In this document: piece by piece, positions 1 through 9,275 of the stretch | How the letters are laid out: each line of letters opens with the position of its first letter | Numbering within the stretch: the stretch's first letter is position 1 | The notes under the pieces: model-generated | What the model saw: the letters and a program-made list of their open reading frames with translations, nothing else | The model's database searches: none | Told to the model about the DNA's origin: nothing | Origin: Pirellulales bacterium | GTDB taxonomy: Bacteria > Planctomycetota > Planctomycetia > Pirellulales > JAICIG01 | NCBI GenBank assembly: GCA_040901675.1 | Contig: JBBDYJ010000028.1 | Span: 53,525-117,524 of the forward strand | Direction: 5' to 3' | Length of the DNA stretch: 64,000 bases | Translations under genes and position numbers: made by a program

Positions 1-133
1 GACAAGGAATCGAGGCGCGAGATTCAAGGTTTGGTCAGTTTTCGCTAACTGCTGCAGAGACAGTTGGCTTTGAAACAGGGTGCCTCGGCAAGGTGCCGTC
101 CAGTCATCCTTGAATGGCAACAGGCCAAGCCAA

Positions 134-232
134 GCCGAACCAATCGCTGCAGCAGGCGGCGGCCGCGATCCTGGTTTCTCGAACTTCACTGTCTCGCAAT
201 GCGGCCGCTGCTACTGAGCTGGAGCGTTACGG
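134..232 (+). mobile_element. attC-like integron cassette recombination site A
   Basis: Starts GCCGAAC (RYYYAAC-like) and ends GTTACGG. Imperfect dyad cagcaggcggcggccgc/gcggccgctgctactg; ~99 bp; same architecture as the sites at 7205 and 9034. Confidence 0.7.
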
Positions 233-412
233 CCGCCCGCCATCTGGTATGGCCGCGCGGCGACCAATTCGACCTATGAAACCCGCAAGCTGCCGCTGGG
301 TGCTTAATTCGATGCCTTGTCCTTGGTCGATTTGCTCGAAGGCCTCGGATGTCAGAAATCTGAGCAGTTCCAGCTTCTCTTGGTCGTCGGCGGGCTGCTC
401 CGGCATCTGCAT
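227..412 (-). pseudogene. Small ParD-like antitoxin C-terminal remnant (tentative)
   Basis: EKLELLRFLTSEAFEQIDQGQGIEL resembles ParD C-terminal helices; no RHH N-terminus and no toxin seen. Confidence 0.3.
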
Positions 413-600
413 CTCCTCAAAGTTTGGAAAGTCGCGGTGGCGCTCCCTGGAGCATACCACGATTGGCAATTTTTTGAGAAAATCTCCATGGCAGCCGGCC
501 CCATTATGCCGAACCTCGCCCCGGCATTTCGGGTCGCGGAATGAGGGGCTGTACGCGGACCGCCCCGGAGGCCAAATGTACACTCGTTCACTTATTGCCG

Positions 601-629
601 TTGCCTCGGCGCGCGGCCACCAGTACGAT
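601..629 (+). promoter_or_regulatory. Putative sigma70 promoter of tRNA-Pro
   Basis: TTGCCT-17bp-TACGAT upstream of the tRNA. Confidence 0.4.
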
Positions 630-684
630 GAGCAATGCCGATCTTGGCGCGGCTTTCCGGGCCTCGCCGGTGGGTTTTCTTCTT

Positions 685-759
685 CGGGGTGTAGCTCAGC
701 TTGGCTAGAGCGTCTGGTTTGGGACCAGAAGGCCGCAGGTTCAAATCCTGTCACCCCGA
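685..759 (+). tRNA. tRNA-Pro(TGG)
   Basis: Cloverleaf: acceptor CGGGGTG/CACCCCG, D-stem GCTC/GAGC, anticodon arm TCTGG-TTTGGGA-CCAGA, T-loop TTCAAAT. CCA not encoded. Confidence 0.97.
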
Positions 760-841
760 CTTCAATCAATGACGGCTGTTCGTCGGCCCTTCGCCGGAGA
801 GCCGCTTCTCGCCTGGCGGCGGAAAGACGGTCAAGCGTCTG

Positions 842-1716
842 CTTGCAGACGGCTTCAAGGGCTACCTTCAGTTCCTTCCGAAGGTTCGGGCCGCATTGGT
901 GCGATTGGCGACCGGCGTTTCAGTTTACGGCATCACGAAGACAGGCGTGAAAGCGATTGAAGTCACCCTACCAACTCCTGCCGAGCAAACCGCCATCGCC
1001 GCGATCCTCTCGGACATGGACGCGGAAATTGCCGGGCTGGAGGCGAAGCTGGCGAAGGCCAGGCGGGTCAAGCAAGGGATGATGCAGGAACTGCTGACGG
1101 GGCGCATTCGTCTTACCAAACTCGCAAAAGTCTCGACCGCTCCTAAAGGCCACAACTGGGCCTTCAACGAGGCGGTGGTCATCTCAGTACTCGCCAAGAA
1201 CTACGGCTCGGAACAGTATCCGCTTGGCCGGAAGCGTTACACCAAGCTCTCGTACTTGATGCACCGGCACCACGAGCATCGAGCCGAAGGGTATCTCAAG
1301 AAGGCGGCCGGCCCATATAATCCGGCCACCAAATACAAGGGTCCGGAAGCCATCGCGGTTAACAACGGCTACGTCCGTCAGCACGCACCGCACGTGACAA
1401 GTTCTCCGGGTTCGTCGCTGCCGACAAGATCGCGGAGGCGGACGCCTATTTTCGCAAATGGTACGGCGAGGACGTGTTAACCTGGCTGGAGCAGTTTCGG
1501 TTCAAACCCAACGACGAGTTAGAACTACTGGCAACGGTGGACATGGCGATGGAAGACCTTCGCCAGACGGGGAAATCCGTGGAGTTGTCCACCGTGAAAT
1601 TGGTCATCCGTAACCACCCCGAATGGGAAGCCAAGCTGGAGCGAGACATTTTCTCCGATACGAACATTGCCCGCGCCATCAAGCAGTGCGGGGAACTCTT
1701 TGCCAATCGTGGATAG
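842..1716 (+). pseudogene. hsdS: Type I RM specificity subunit HsdS, 5'-truncated and frameshifted, with an extra C-terminal domain
   Basis: LPTPAEQTAIAAILSDMDAEI...KQGMMQELLTG is the HsdS conserved helix; no start codon. A 5-bp duplication (cgcac x2, ~1384-1393) shifts the frame into the 1474..1716 ORF. Confidence 0.85.
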
Positions 1717-1725
1717 GGAGGCGGC

Positions 1726-2060
1726 ATGAGCACCATCGGCCAACCCGAGCGGGAAACGCAAAATCGCCTGATCGCCCTGTTCCGCAAAGAACTCGGCTAC
1801 CGCTACCTCGGCGACTGGAGCGACCGCGACGGCAACAGCAACATCGAGGAAAGCCTGCTTTCATCTTGGCTGGCGAAGAACGGCACCACTCCGGCCCAGA
1901 TCAGCATCGCCATCCACAAGATTCGCACCGAGGCGGACAACCCTAATCGCTCGCTCTACGCCAATAATCAGGCCGTCTATTCGTTGCTACGGTACGGCGT
2001 GCCGGTGAAGATCGAAGCCGGGAAGGTCACGGAGACAGTTCACCTCATCAACTGGAAGGA
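1726..2060 (+). pseudogene. hsdR: Type I RM HsdR N-terminal fragment
   Basis: MSTIGQPERETQNRLIALFRKELGYRYLGDW...YSLLRYGVPVK is an HsdR N-terminus; homology ends abruptly after ~110 aa. Confidence 0.8.
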
Positions 2061-2064
2061 ATCC

Positions 2065-2417
2065 GGAGAATCGAAACGGCACCAAATCGTCGAGGACTGG
2101 TATCGCGAGCAGGTGAAGATCGCCACAACCGATCTGATTGCAAGTGGGAACCACAAATTGGTGTGACTGTCGCTGGCTTCTATGTTCGGCGAATGAAGAC
2201 ACGCTGGGGAAGCTGCAACTCACCGGCGCGGACGATCCGGTTGAACACGGACCTTGCTCGGAAGCTGCGCGAATGCCTTGAGTACATCGTGGTCCACGAG
2301 ATGATTCACATTCTGGAGCCAACGCACAACGAGGTCTTTCAGGCATACATGAACCACTTCATGCCCGACTGGAAGCATCGACGGCAGGTGCTCAACCAGC
2401 TCCCGGTGCGTCATTAG
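2065..2417 (+). pseudogene. YgjP/DUF45-like zinc metalloprotease C-terminal fragment
   Basis: MKTRWGSCN...IVVHEMIH (HExxH). The 5' part is deleted and joined to the hsdR remnant; 1-bp frameshift near 2140. Confidence 0.8.
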
Positions 2418-2440
2418 GATTGGGAGTATTAGAGGGCACC

Positions 2441-4156
2441 ATGAGACTCACACGGCTTTCAATTCAGAACTTTCGTGGGATTACCAATCTCACACTAAAT
2501 CTGGACCAGACTACGGTCTTGATCGGCGAGAACAATACCGGAAAGACCAGTGTTCTGGAGGCGCTGCATACATGCATGAGCCGGGGATTAACGCGCCGGG
2601 CGACTCCATTTTCCGAGTATGATTTCCACTTGCCGGACAATGCCAGCGAACCATCGGATGCTCCTCCCCTGGTGATTACGCTGACTTTTGAGGAATCCGC
2701 AGAAGATGAGTGGGCCGCCGAAATAGATCAGGCTCTTGATAAGGCCATCCAGGTCCTGGACGACAACCGCAAACAGTTGACCTTCCGGGTTACGTCCCAA
2801 TTCGATGCAGCAACGCGCGACTTCACGGTTGAATGGGCATTCCTTGATAAGGCGGGTTCTCACTTGCCGACCGCAAGGAACGCAAAACTCGTGACCGACT
2901 TGCAGTCGCTGGCGCCGGTGTTCTTCCTTGGAGCGGTTCGCGATGCAGCCCACCATTTCCACGCGAAATCCCCTTTCTGGTCGCCCTTCACAAAGAATCC
3001 GCAGATCGATGATGAGACTCGCGAAGAGATCGAGTCCCAGATAGAGACATTGAATCAGTCGATTCTTGATAGCCATACTCCATTCGATGTCGTTAAGACA
3101 GGCATTTCCAAGACGGGAACGTTGCTTCCGCTCGCAGCACAGGACTTGGTCAGCGTCGAAGCCATTCCAGCCCGAATCTTCGACATGCTTGCGAAGACCC
3201 AGGTGAAGCTGGCATGCCGCACAGGTGCCCGGCTTCCAATCACCCAACATGGTGCTGGGACGCAGAGCCTGTCCATCATCTTCCTATTTGAGGCGTTTCT
3301 TCAATCACAACTTGCCACAGCCTATGACAAGCATTCCGAACCCATCCTGGCCCTTGAGGAACCGGAATCTCACCTGCACCCGTCGGCTATCCGTTCTCTA
3401 TGGAACACCCTCGACGGGCTTGCGGGACAGAAAATCATCGCAACGCATTCCGGCGATCTACTCGCGGCCGTCCCGCTCAAAGCCATCCGTCGCCTCGCTC
3501 GGAAGAACGGGCAAGTCTGCTCGTATCGCGTCAAGGATACGACACTGGATGCGCGAGCGCTTGAGAAGGTCAGATACCATATCCGCGAAAAGCGCGGCGC
3601 GCTTCTTTTCGCCCGCTGCTGGCTCTTGGTTGAGGGAGAGACTGATTACACTGTTCTGCCGGAACTTGGCCTAATCCTTGGTCATGACTTCAGTTTGTGT
3701 AGCGTATGCTGCGTCGAGTTTTCCCAGTGCGGTCTTAAGCCCCTAATCAAAGTCGCTGAAGACCTCGGTATCGAGTGGCATGTCCTTGCCGATGGCGACC
3801 AGGCAGGCAGCACATACGTGACCACGGCGACCCAGTTTCTTGGGACGTCGCCAAAAGCAGAACGAATCACCCAACTGGCGCATCGCGATATCGAACACAC
3901 ATTGTGGCATTCCGGATACGATGCGGTCTACGAAAACGCGACAGGGGTAAACCAGCGGAAGTCCATCGTCAAATCGGCTGCCGGATCAGCGGACTATCCA
4001 ACGGAAGTCATCAAGGCGGCCATCGCTACGAATTCAAAGCCCCATCTCGCCTACGAGGCAACCGCTGCGGTCGCTGCAAAGGGGGCAACTGGTGTTCCGC
4101 AGGAGTTGAAGGCAGTCATCGAAGCGGCGATTCAGTTAGCTGGGAGGTGCGCATGA
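2441..4156 (+). CDS. OLD-family ATP-dependent endonuclease (ABC ATPase + TOPRIM), GajA-like
   Basis: IQNFRGI, Walker A GENNTGKT, HGAGTQS, Walker B LEEPESHLHP, ATHS, TOPRIM VEGETD and DGD. Confidence 0.92.
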   Translation: MRLTRLSIQNFRGITNLTLNLDQTTVLIGENNTGKTSVLEALHTCMSRGLTRRATPFSEYDFHLPDNASEPSDAPPLVITLTFEESAEDEWAAEIDQALDKAIQVLDDNRKQLTFRVTSQFDAATRDFTVEWAFLDKAGSHLPTARNAKLVTDLQSLAPVFFLGAVRDAAHHFHAKSPFWSPFTKNPQIDDETREEIESQIETLNQSILDSHTPFDVVKTGISKTGTLLPLAAQDLVSVEAIPARIFDMLAKTQVKLACRTGARLPITQHGAGTQSLSIIFLFEAFLQSQLATAYDKHSEPILALEEPESHLHPSAIRSLWNTLDGLAGQKIIATHSGDLLAAVPLKAIRRLARKNGQVCSYRVKDTTLDARALEKVRYHIREKRGALLFARCWLLVEGETDYTVLPELGLILGHDFSLCSVCCVEFSQCGLKPLIKVAEDLGIEWHVLADGDQAGSTYVTTATQFLGTSPKAERITQLAHRDIEHTLWHSGYDAVYENATGVNQRKSIVKSAAGSADYPTEVIKAAIATNSKPHLAYEATAAVAAKGATGVPQELKAVIEAAIQLAGRCA

Positions 4157-6087
4157 GCTTCGATGTTACGGCCTTTGGCCTAAATGAAAGTCAAGCCGAC
4201 GCGGTGCAGTGGCAGGAAGGGCCGCTGCTCGTACTAGCAGGCCCCGGCTCCGGCAAGACCCGCGTGCTCACCTGCCGAATCGCACGGCTGATCGCTGAGT
4301 CGTCAGACTCGCGGTTTCGCGTGCTTGGCATCACATTCACCAATAAAGCCGCCGCCGAGATGCGTCAGCGTATCGACTCGTTACTCCGAAACGGCCGGGA
4401 TCGGGTGACCCTTACTACCTTCCACTCATTCGCAGCAGAGATTCTTCGCCAGCACGGAAGTCATGTGGGACTAAAACCGGATTTCAGCATCCTTTCGGAC
4501 CAAGCTGACCGCGAAGCCGCCCTTGCCGATGCGATCAAAGTTGCGATTCCAGAAAATGAGGAATTCAACCCCAAGGCCAGCCAGCTCCTCCCGGCGATTA
4601 CGCGCATGCTGGATGAGTGCGTTCCTGTTAGTCAGGCCGAGGCCGCCGTCGGCTCTCATGCCCACGCAAAAGCCATCGCTTCCGTTTACGCCGCGTACCG
4701 CGAACGGCTGATTGCTTCGAATCAACTTGACTTTGCTTCGCTCTTGGCACTTGCCGTGGAACTGTTGGAGGCCAAGCCCGCAATCGCCAAGCAGATTCGG
4801 CGTGTCTACACCCATGTGTGCGTCGATGAATGCCAGGACACGAATTCGGCCCAGTTTAGGTTACTGGTGCAGATCGTGGCGGAAACGCGTCCCAATCTGT
4901 TTGTGGTGGCTGACGATGATCAGCTTATCTACCAATGGAATGGTGCCAGCCCCGCACGGCTTAAGGACCTGCGCGACCGTTTCACGATGGACGTACTACA
5001 GCTCCCCGAGAATTACCGTTGCCCGCCCATCGTGATTCAGCTTGCGAACAGCCTCATTGCTCATAATGCAGATCGCTCCGCAGACAAGAAGCCGCTTACG
5101 GCGCACAAAACTGGAGACGGAACCAATGGCCTGGTAGCAAAATCCTTTGGGGACTTCGCTGATGAACTTGCCTGGATAGCGGAGAAGCTGAAGGCGCTGC
5201 CTGCCAAAGAACGGTCGGAGTGCGTGATTCTGGCGCGGCGCAAGAGACTTTTGGAAGAAGCGGTTACTGTGCTTACAGGCAAATCAGTTCCGGCGTATAT
5301 CGCGATCCGCAAAAACGAGTTCGAATCGGCCCCTTACCGTTTCATGCATTCGATGCTTCGCCTTGCCAATGCCCCGCAGGACCGCGAGCAGCTTAGGCGA
5401 ATGACCAAGGCGTTTTTTGAGCTTGAAGGCGTCAAAATCGACGCTCAGGATGTCGTGCCCGTCGCATCCGTCAATCAGGAAGGCTATCTTCGAGCATGGC
5501 TAGAATTGGCAGACCAACGCAAGGAAATCGATGGAGCTACAAGGAATCTTTTGGCCAAAGCAACCAAATCGTTGTTGGACCGCTTGGCATACTGGGAATT
5601 TGTCGATTCATGCCATCAGTGGTTCGATGCCGTACGCAAACAGACTACCGGATCGGCGTCAGAAAAGGCATTCGAGGAATTCGACGATGAGAAGGAGATT
5701 TGGGAGGCGCTGAAGTCAGACATCGCGCAGCACTATGCGCTTTCCGACGTGAGCCTCCACATGTTTCTCCAGGAACTCGATCTGCGGGCAAAAGAAAAGC
5801 CAGCTCCGCCCGAAGCCGTGCGCTGCCTCACCATTGCATCATCGAAGGGTATGGAGTTCAAGCACGTGTACCTGATCGGGCTCGTCGAGGACGAATTGCC
5901 CGGCTACTACGCCCGAAAGAAAGGTGACCACACCGACGAAATGCGCGAAGAACGGAGAAATTGCTTCGTGGCAATTACGCGAGCAGAGGAGTCGCTCATC
6001 CTCACTTTCTCCGCCCGATACTTCGGCTATTCCAAGGAACCTTCGCGTTTCCTCAAGGAAATGGGCTTCTCATTCAAGAAATCGTGA
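4153..6087 (+). CDS. UvrD/SF1A helicase, GajB-like
   Basis: AGPGSGKT, TFTNKAA, VDECQD, DDDQLIY, ENYRC, SKGMEF, EERRNCFVAITRA; ATGA overlap with the OLD gene. Confidence 0.92.
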   Translation: MSFDVTAFGLNESQADAVQWQEGPLLVLAGPGSGKTRVLTCRIARLIAESSDSRFRVLGITFTNKAAAEMRQRIDSLLRNGRDRVTLTTFHSFAAEILRQHGSHVGLKPDFSILSDQADREAALADAIKVAIPENEEFNPKASQLLPAITRMLDECVPVSQAEAAVGSHAHAKAIASVYAAYRERLIASNQLDFASLLALAVELLEAKPAIAKQIRRVYTHVCVDECQDTNSAQFRLLVQIVAETRPNLFVVADDDQLIYQWNGASPARLKDLRDRFTMDVLQLPENYRCPPIVIQLANSLIAHNADRSADKKPLTAHKTGDGTNGLVAKSFGDFADELAWIAEKLKALPAKERSECVILARRKRLLEEAVTVLTGKSVPAYIAIRKNEFESAPYRFMHSMLRLANAPQDREQLRRMTKAFFELEGVKIDAQDVVPVASVNQEGYLRAWLELADQRKEIDGATRNLLAKATKSLLDRLAYWEFVDSCHQWFDAVRKQTTGSASEKAFEEFDDEKEIWEALKSDIAQHYALSDVSLHMFLQELDLRAKEKPAPPEAVRCLTIASSKGMEFKHVYLIGLVEDELPGYYARKKGDHTDEMREERRNCFVAITRAEESLILTFSARYFGYSKEPSRFLKEMGFSFKKS

Positions 6088-6677
6088 TGCTAGTTGAACC
6101 TGTAAAATATGCCCTGGAAGCAATGGATCGCCGATTTGTGGAGTTGTCGGGACTGATCTTTGACCCGTACACGGACGATTTGCTGCGACGATTGGGAGAA
6201 TCTGAGGAAAAACTGCTTGAGCGGCCGTATGCCTACGAGTTCTATCACCAGATGCGTTCTTTGTGGGACAGTCGGGCTGGAATTATCGCTCCGTTCGCCG
6301 ACGTGGTGATTCAAGGTGAAGTCGATAAGGGGTATCAGGCCATTCGGGATTTGGACCGAATTCCAGATTTTCTGTTGCATCGACCAAACTCCAACGAGCG
6401 CAACTTCGGCGTGATTGAGGTAAAGCTCGCCACATTTGCCCAGAACATCGAGCGCGACTTCGACAAGTTCGTGTCATTTCGCAACCGTCGCGGTTACGAG
6501 CATTTCGTCGAGATCGTCATTGGCCATTCCCGTGAGCTAGCAGCGGCCAACCTCGCCCAATTCAACCAGCAAGGTCGCCATGTCGTGGAAATCTCGCTCG
6601 TGCTATTCGACACCGACAGATGGCGGGCCACTGATCTCAGGATAACCCGGCTGAACCCGGAAGCTGGCCAGGAGTAA
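6087..6677 (+). CDS. Putative PD-(D/E)XK-fold nuclease-like protein, 196 aa
   Basis: TGATG coupling to the helicase stop; ERPYAYEFYHQ...GEVDK...IPDFLLH...VIEVK fits a PD-(D/E)XK arrangement. Confidence 0.65.
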   Translation: MLVEPVKYALEAMDRRFVELSGLIFDPYTDDLLRRLGESEEKLLERPYAYEFYHQMRSLWDSRAGIIAPFADVVIQGEVDKGYQAIRDLDRIPDFLLHRPNSNERNFGVIEVKLATFAQNIERDFDKFVSFRNRRGYEHFVEIVIGHSRELAAANLAQFNQQGRHVVEISLVLFDTDRWRATDLRITRLNPEAGQE

Positions 6678-6768
6678 ACTCAGTCCCCGCAAGGGTTTTG
6701 ATCGCACATCCGTCCTCGTAACCCGGCTTCCCAGCCACGCACCCCGGCGATAAAAAGTTCAATAGCCG

Positions 6769-6784
6769 TCTTGTCGCCCCGACT
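6769..6784 (+). mobile_element. att-like copy of the tRNA-Pro 3' end
   Basis: tcttgtcgccccgact vs tRNA tcctgtcaccccgact (746-761), 14/16 identical; followed by a strong hairpin. Confidence 0.55.
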
Positions 6785-6796
6785 GGTTCGTAACAG

Positions 6797-6840
6797 CAAA
6801 TCCCGCCAACGGTTGCGAGAGCCACTGTTGGCGGGATTTG
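6797..6840. terminator. Hairpin with a perfect 14-bp stem
   Basis: caaatcccgccaac (6797-6810) / gttggcgggatttg (6827-6840), followed by aactttt. Confidence 0.55.
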
Positions 6841-6879
6841 AACTTTTGCACGGACGTTTCACTTTTAGCCGCCTTTACG

Positions 6880-7200
6880 CCGCGCATGGCTCCCGACAAC
6901 GCCGGGGAGCCGCTCGAGCATTTTCGCCCAACCAAACTCGCGCCCAACTAAACTCGCGCCCAACCGAACTCGGCTCCTCGGAAAGCCTGTTCGCCCCAGG
7001 GCTGCGACATGTCGAAGCCGGAGTGCTCGAAAAACACTCGCGCGCCCGTCACCGTCGCACTTCGAGCCGGTAGCTCACCTGCGCAAGCGATGATCGGGCC
7101 GGCCGACCATGAGTATGCGAGTCCCCGCGCGCCGGGATTCGCATTCCAGCACCGAGCCAGCGCACCACGATCCCGTCGAAGCTGGCCTTGGAGTTCGGCG
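6880..7200 (-). pseudogene. SRPBCC/AHSA1-domain gene remnant
   Basis: LAYSWSAGP...RVFFEHSGFD...GAEFGWA(KMLERL), disrupted by a 16-bp triplication at 6925-6972. Confidence 0.6.
6925..6972. repeat. 3 x 16-bp tandem repeat
   Basis: cgcccaaccaaactcg / cgcccaactaaactcg / cgcccaaccgaactcg. Confidence 0.9.
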
Positions 7201-7204
7201 GCAC

Positions 7205-7301
7205 GCGAAACGCACGCGCTAACTTGCCTGGGCCGCCACAACGACTACATGCCGCGCGAAACCGAAATGCGGCCCCGGCCAAGTTGAGCGCCTTGTTAGG
7301 C
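7205..7301 (-). mobile_element. attC-like site B
   Basis: Minus strand GCCTAAC aaggcgctcaacttggccggggccgc...gcggcccaggcaagttagcgc gtgc GTTTCGC. The TAA stop of the upstream gene lies inside GCCTAAC. Confidence 0.8.
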
Positions 7302-7925
7302 CGGCCCCGCGCTCTCCAGTAACAAGCGTCTCAGCTTTGCCGCCTCTGCAGCCTTGATCCAATCCCCGGCCAAGTGCTCTTCAATCTCCCGCTCCGCCAA
7401 CTGCATGTCGCCGGTCTTTGCTAGGAGAAAGGCGTACGCCAGCGGCAGCTGTGTATAGTTCCGGAACCCGAAGCAGTTCGTATTCTTCTCCCGAATCTCG
7501 CGGATCAGGTCCAACATGCCGTCGTACGTCGAGCCTCTGCTCCAATCGCGTTTAGCGCCGGCAACGGCGTCCGGCAGGAGCGTCTCCAGTTCGATCCGGA
7601 ACTGCTCAGGGCCGTAGAGAAAGCAGGGCTGAGGCAACGCTACCGGATCGATGATGACGTCGAGTCTTGCAGTCTTGTCAGACCGATGCCACCGGATATT
7701 CCCGGAAACGTGAGGCACAAAGTCCAGCGAGAACCCCCAACACGCCTTGAGGCTCGCCCCTTTGAGCAGTTGAAACTCGAACAGCTTTCTTGCCGGCGGT
7801 TTCGATCCATCAATCCATCGGCGCGGCGCAATTTCGCTCAGACTCAATGGTTCGAGTCGTTCACGCAACATCCGAGTGGCGATCGAATCTCGTTCGGTCG
7901 CCGACAGCAGCTCGACCACGTGCAT
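7296..7925 (-). CDS. Hypothetical cassette protein, 209 aa
   Basis: ORF bounded by GTTAGGC (minus, 7937-7931) just before its ATG and by attC B at its stop; no family recognised. Confidence 0.7.
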   Translation of the reverse strand: MHVVELLSATERDSIATRMLRERLEPLSLSEIAPRRWIDGSKPPARKLFEFQLLKGASLKACWGFSLDFVPHVSGNIRWHRSDKTARLDVIIDPVALPQPCFLYGPEQFRIELETLLPDAVAGAKRDWSRGSTYDGMLDLIREIREKNTNCFGFRNYTQLPLAYAFLLAKTGDMQLAEREIEEHLAGDWIKAAEAAKLRRLLLESAGPA

Positions 7926-7964
7926 GTGAGGCCTAACGTGTGGCGCGGGGGCGAAGACAGATCC

Positions 7965-9008
7965 TCAGGACGGTCGGCCAGGATCCCAGCCGGGCAACGC
8001 GGCGGCCTGCTTCACCCAGGTCGCCATCTGCGCCTCGTCGAGACCGTCCTCGTGGATGTCGATCCAGCGCGCGTCCTTGCCCGTGCCTCCGGGCGGGACC
8101 GGTCGCAGCGACGTGCCGTGAAAGAAGGTCACCTTGACGTAGTGGGTGAAGACGTGGAACGACAGGAAAAAACCCTGGCCCTCGATGCCGTAAAATGGCG
8201 AGTTCCACTTCACGGCCTTGCGCACGTTGGGCACGTTCCGCACGATGAGCGCGTCGAGGCGCTTCCCGAGGTCGCGCTTCCAGCCCGGCATCGCGGCGAT
8301 GTACGCCTGCACCGGGGCGTCGCCGTCCGCCTTCGCGATCTGCGGGTTGCCGCCCGAGAGGAGGACGACCTTCTGGCCTTCTCGCGCCTTGATCGGCTTG
8401 GCCTCACTCGCACCTGGCTTGGCCTTCGCGCCTGGCTTCGGCGCGGACTTGGACTTCGGGGCGCTGGACCGGAGATTCTCCGCGATCGCGGCCTGGATCA
8501 AGGCCGCCAACGCCGCAGCATCGAGCACCTCTCCCTCCCGGATGTCGATGGCGCGACGCGTGTTTCCCTCGAGGCTGGAGTTGAAGAGCCCCCGAGGGTC
8601 CTCCAAGGAGGCACCCCTGGCGAAGGTCAGCTTGACCACCTGTTTGTAGGCCTCCCCCGTGCAGACGATCCCAGCGTGGGACCACACGGGCACGCCCAAT
8701 GGGTTGCTGGGCTTGATCCATTTGCACTCCTCCAGGATGTCCGGGTCCGCGTCGTGGATCATGCGGCGAACCTCCGCCAGGGTCTCGGCGCGCCAGCCAC
8801 CCAGAGACCGGATCCGCTCGTCGATGAGACGAGAGGCCGCCTTCCCGGTCGCGCGCTTCGCTTCCGGACCTGGCTTGGCCTTCGCGCCTGCCTTCGGCGG
8901 GGACTTGGACCTGGTGGCCGACTTGCGTGGCTTGCTCGCGCGCGACGTGCCCTTGGCCTTCGGCTTCGCCTTGCCCGCGAGACCACTCCTCTTTGGTTTT
9001 GGCGCCAC
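7965..9008 (-). CDS. Tandem DUF1801 (YdhG-like) domain protein with Lys/Ala/Pro-rich linkers
   Basis: Domain 1 IDERIRSLGGWRAETLAEVRRMIHDADPDILEECKW...; domain 2 LLSGGNPQIAKADGDAPVQAYIAAMPGWK...KAVKWNSPFYG. Confidence 0.85.
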   Translation of the reverse strand: MAPKPKRSGLAGKAKPKAKGTSRASKPRKSATRSKSPPKAGAKAKPGPEAKRATGKAASRLIDERIRSLGGWRAETLAEVRRMIHDADPDILEECKWIKPSNPLGVPVWSHAGIVCTGEAYKQVVKLTFARGASLEDPRGLFNSSLEGNTRRAIDIREGEVLDAAALAALIQAAIAENLRSSAPKSKSAPKPGAKAKPGASEAKPIKAREGQKVVLLSGGNPQIAKADGDAPVQAYIAAMPGWKRDLGKRLDALIVRNVPNVRKAVKWNSPFYGIEGQGFFLSFHVFTHYVKVTFFHGTSLRPVPPGGTGKDARWIDIHEDGLDEAQMATWVKQAAALPGWDPGRPS

Positions 9009-9033
9009 GGTTCATTTTCCAACTTGTTGTGAT

Positions 9034-9126
9034 GCCCAACGACCCAAGCTCAGCGACGGCAGCCACAAGATGCGCCGATTGCAACGGTGACGGACCGCCG
9101 CCGTTCGCTGCAGCGCATGGTTAGGC
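9034..9126 (-). mobile_element. attC-like site C (best conserved)
   Basis: Minus strand GCCTAAC catgcgctgcagcgaacggcggc...gctgccgtcgctgagcttgggtc GTTGGGC; canonical RYYYAAC...GTTRRRY ends. Confidence 0.85.
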
Positions 9127-9133
9127 AACGTGC

Positions 9134-9275
9134 TCATCTGCTCAAACTCAAATACTTCTTGCAATGGGCCAAGCCAATCGCCAGGAAAACAATCGCACCC
9201 GGCAAGAACCCCATCGACGTCAGGCTCGCGACTGGAAGATCACCACCATGCAGCCAATATCCGTAAGCGATTGCT
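9134..9275 (-). pseudogene. 3' remnant of a membrane-protein cassette gene
   Basis: Open frame AIAYGYWLHGGDLPVASLTSMGFLPGAIVFLAIGLAHCKKYLSLSR* ends a few bp before attC C; no start seen. Confidence 0.4.

Noticed and set aside
114..950. 278-aa and 180-aa ORFs spanning the tRNA
   Set aside because: They overlap a clear tRNA-Pro and an attC-like site, so they are shadow ORFs.
3775..4152. N-terminal extension of the 770-aa helicase ORF
   Set aside because: It overlaps the OLD gene; UvrD homology starts at ATG 4153, which has an RBS and an ATGA overlap.
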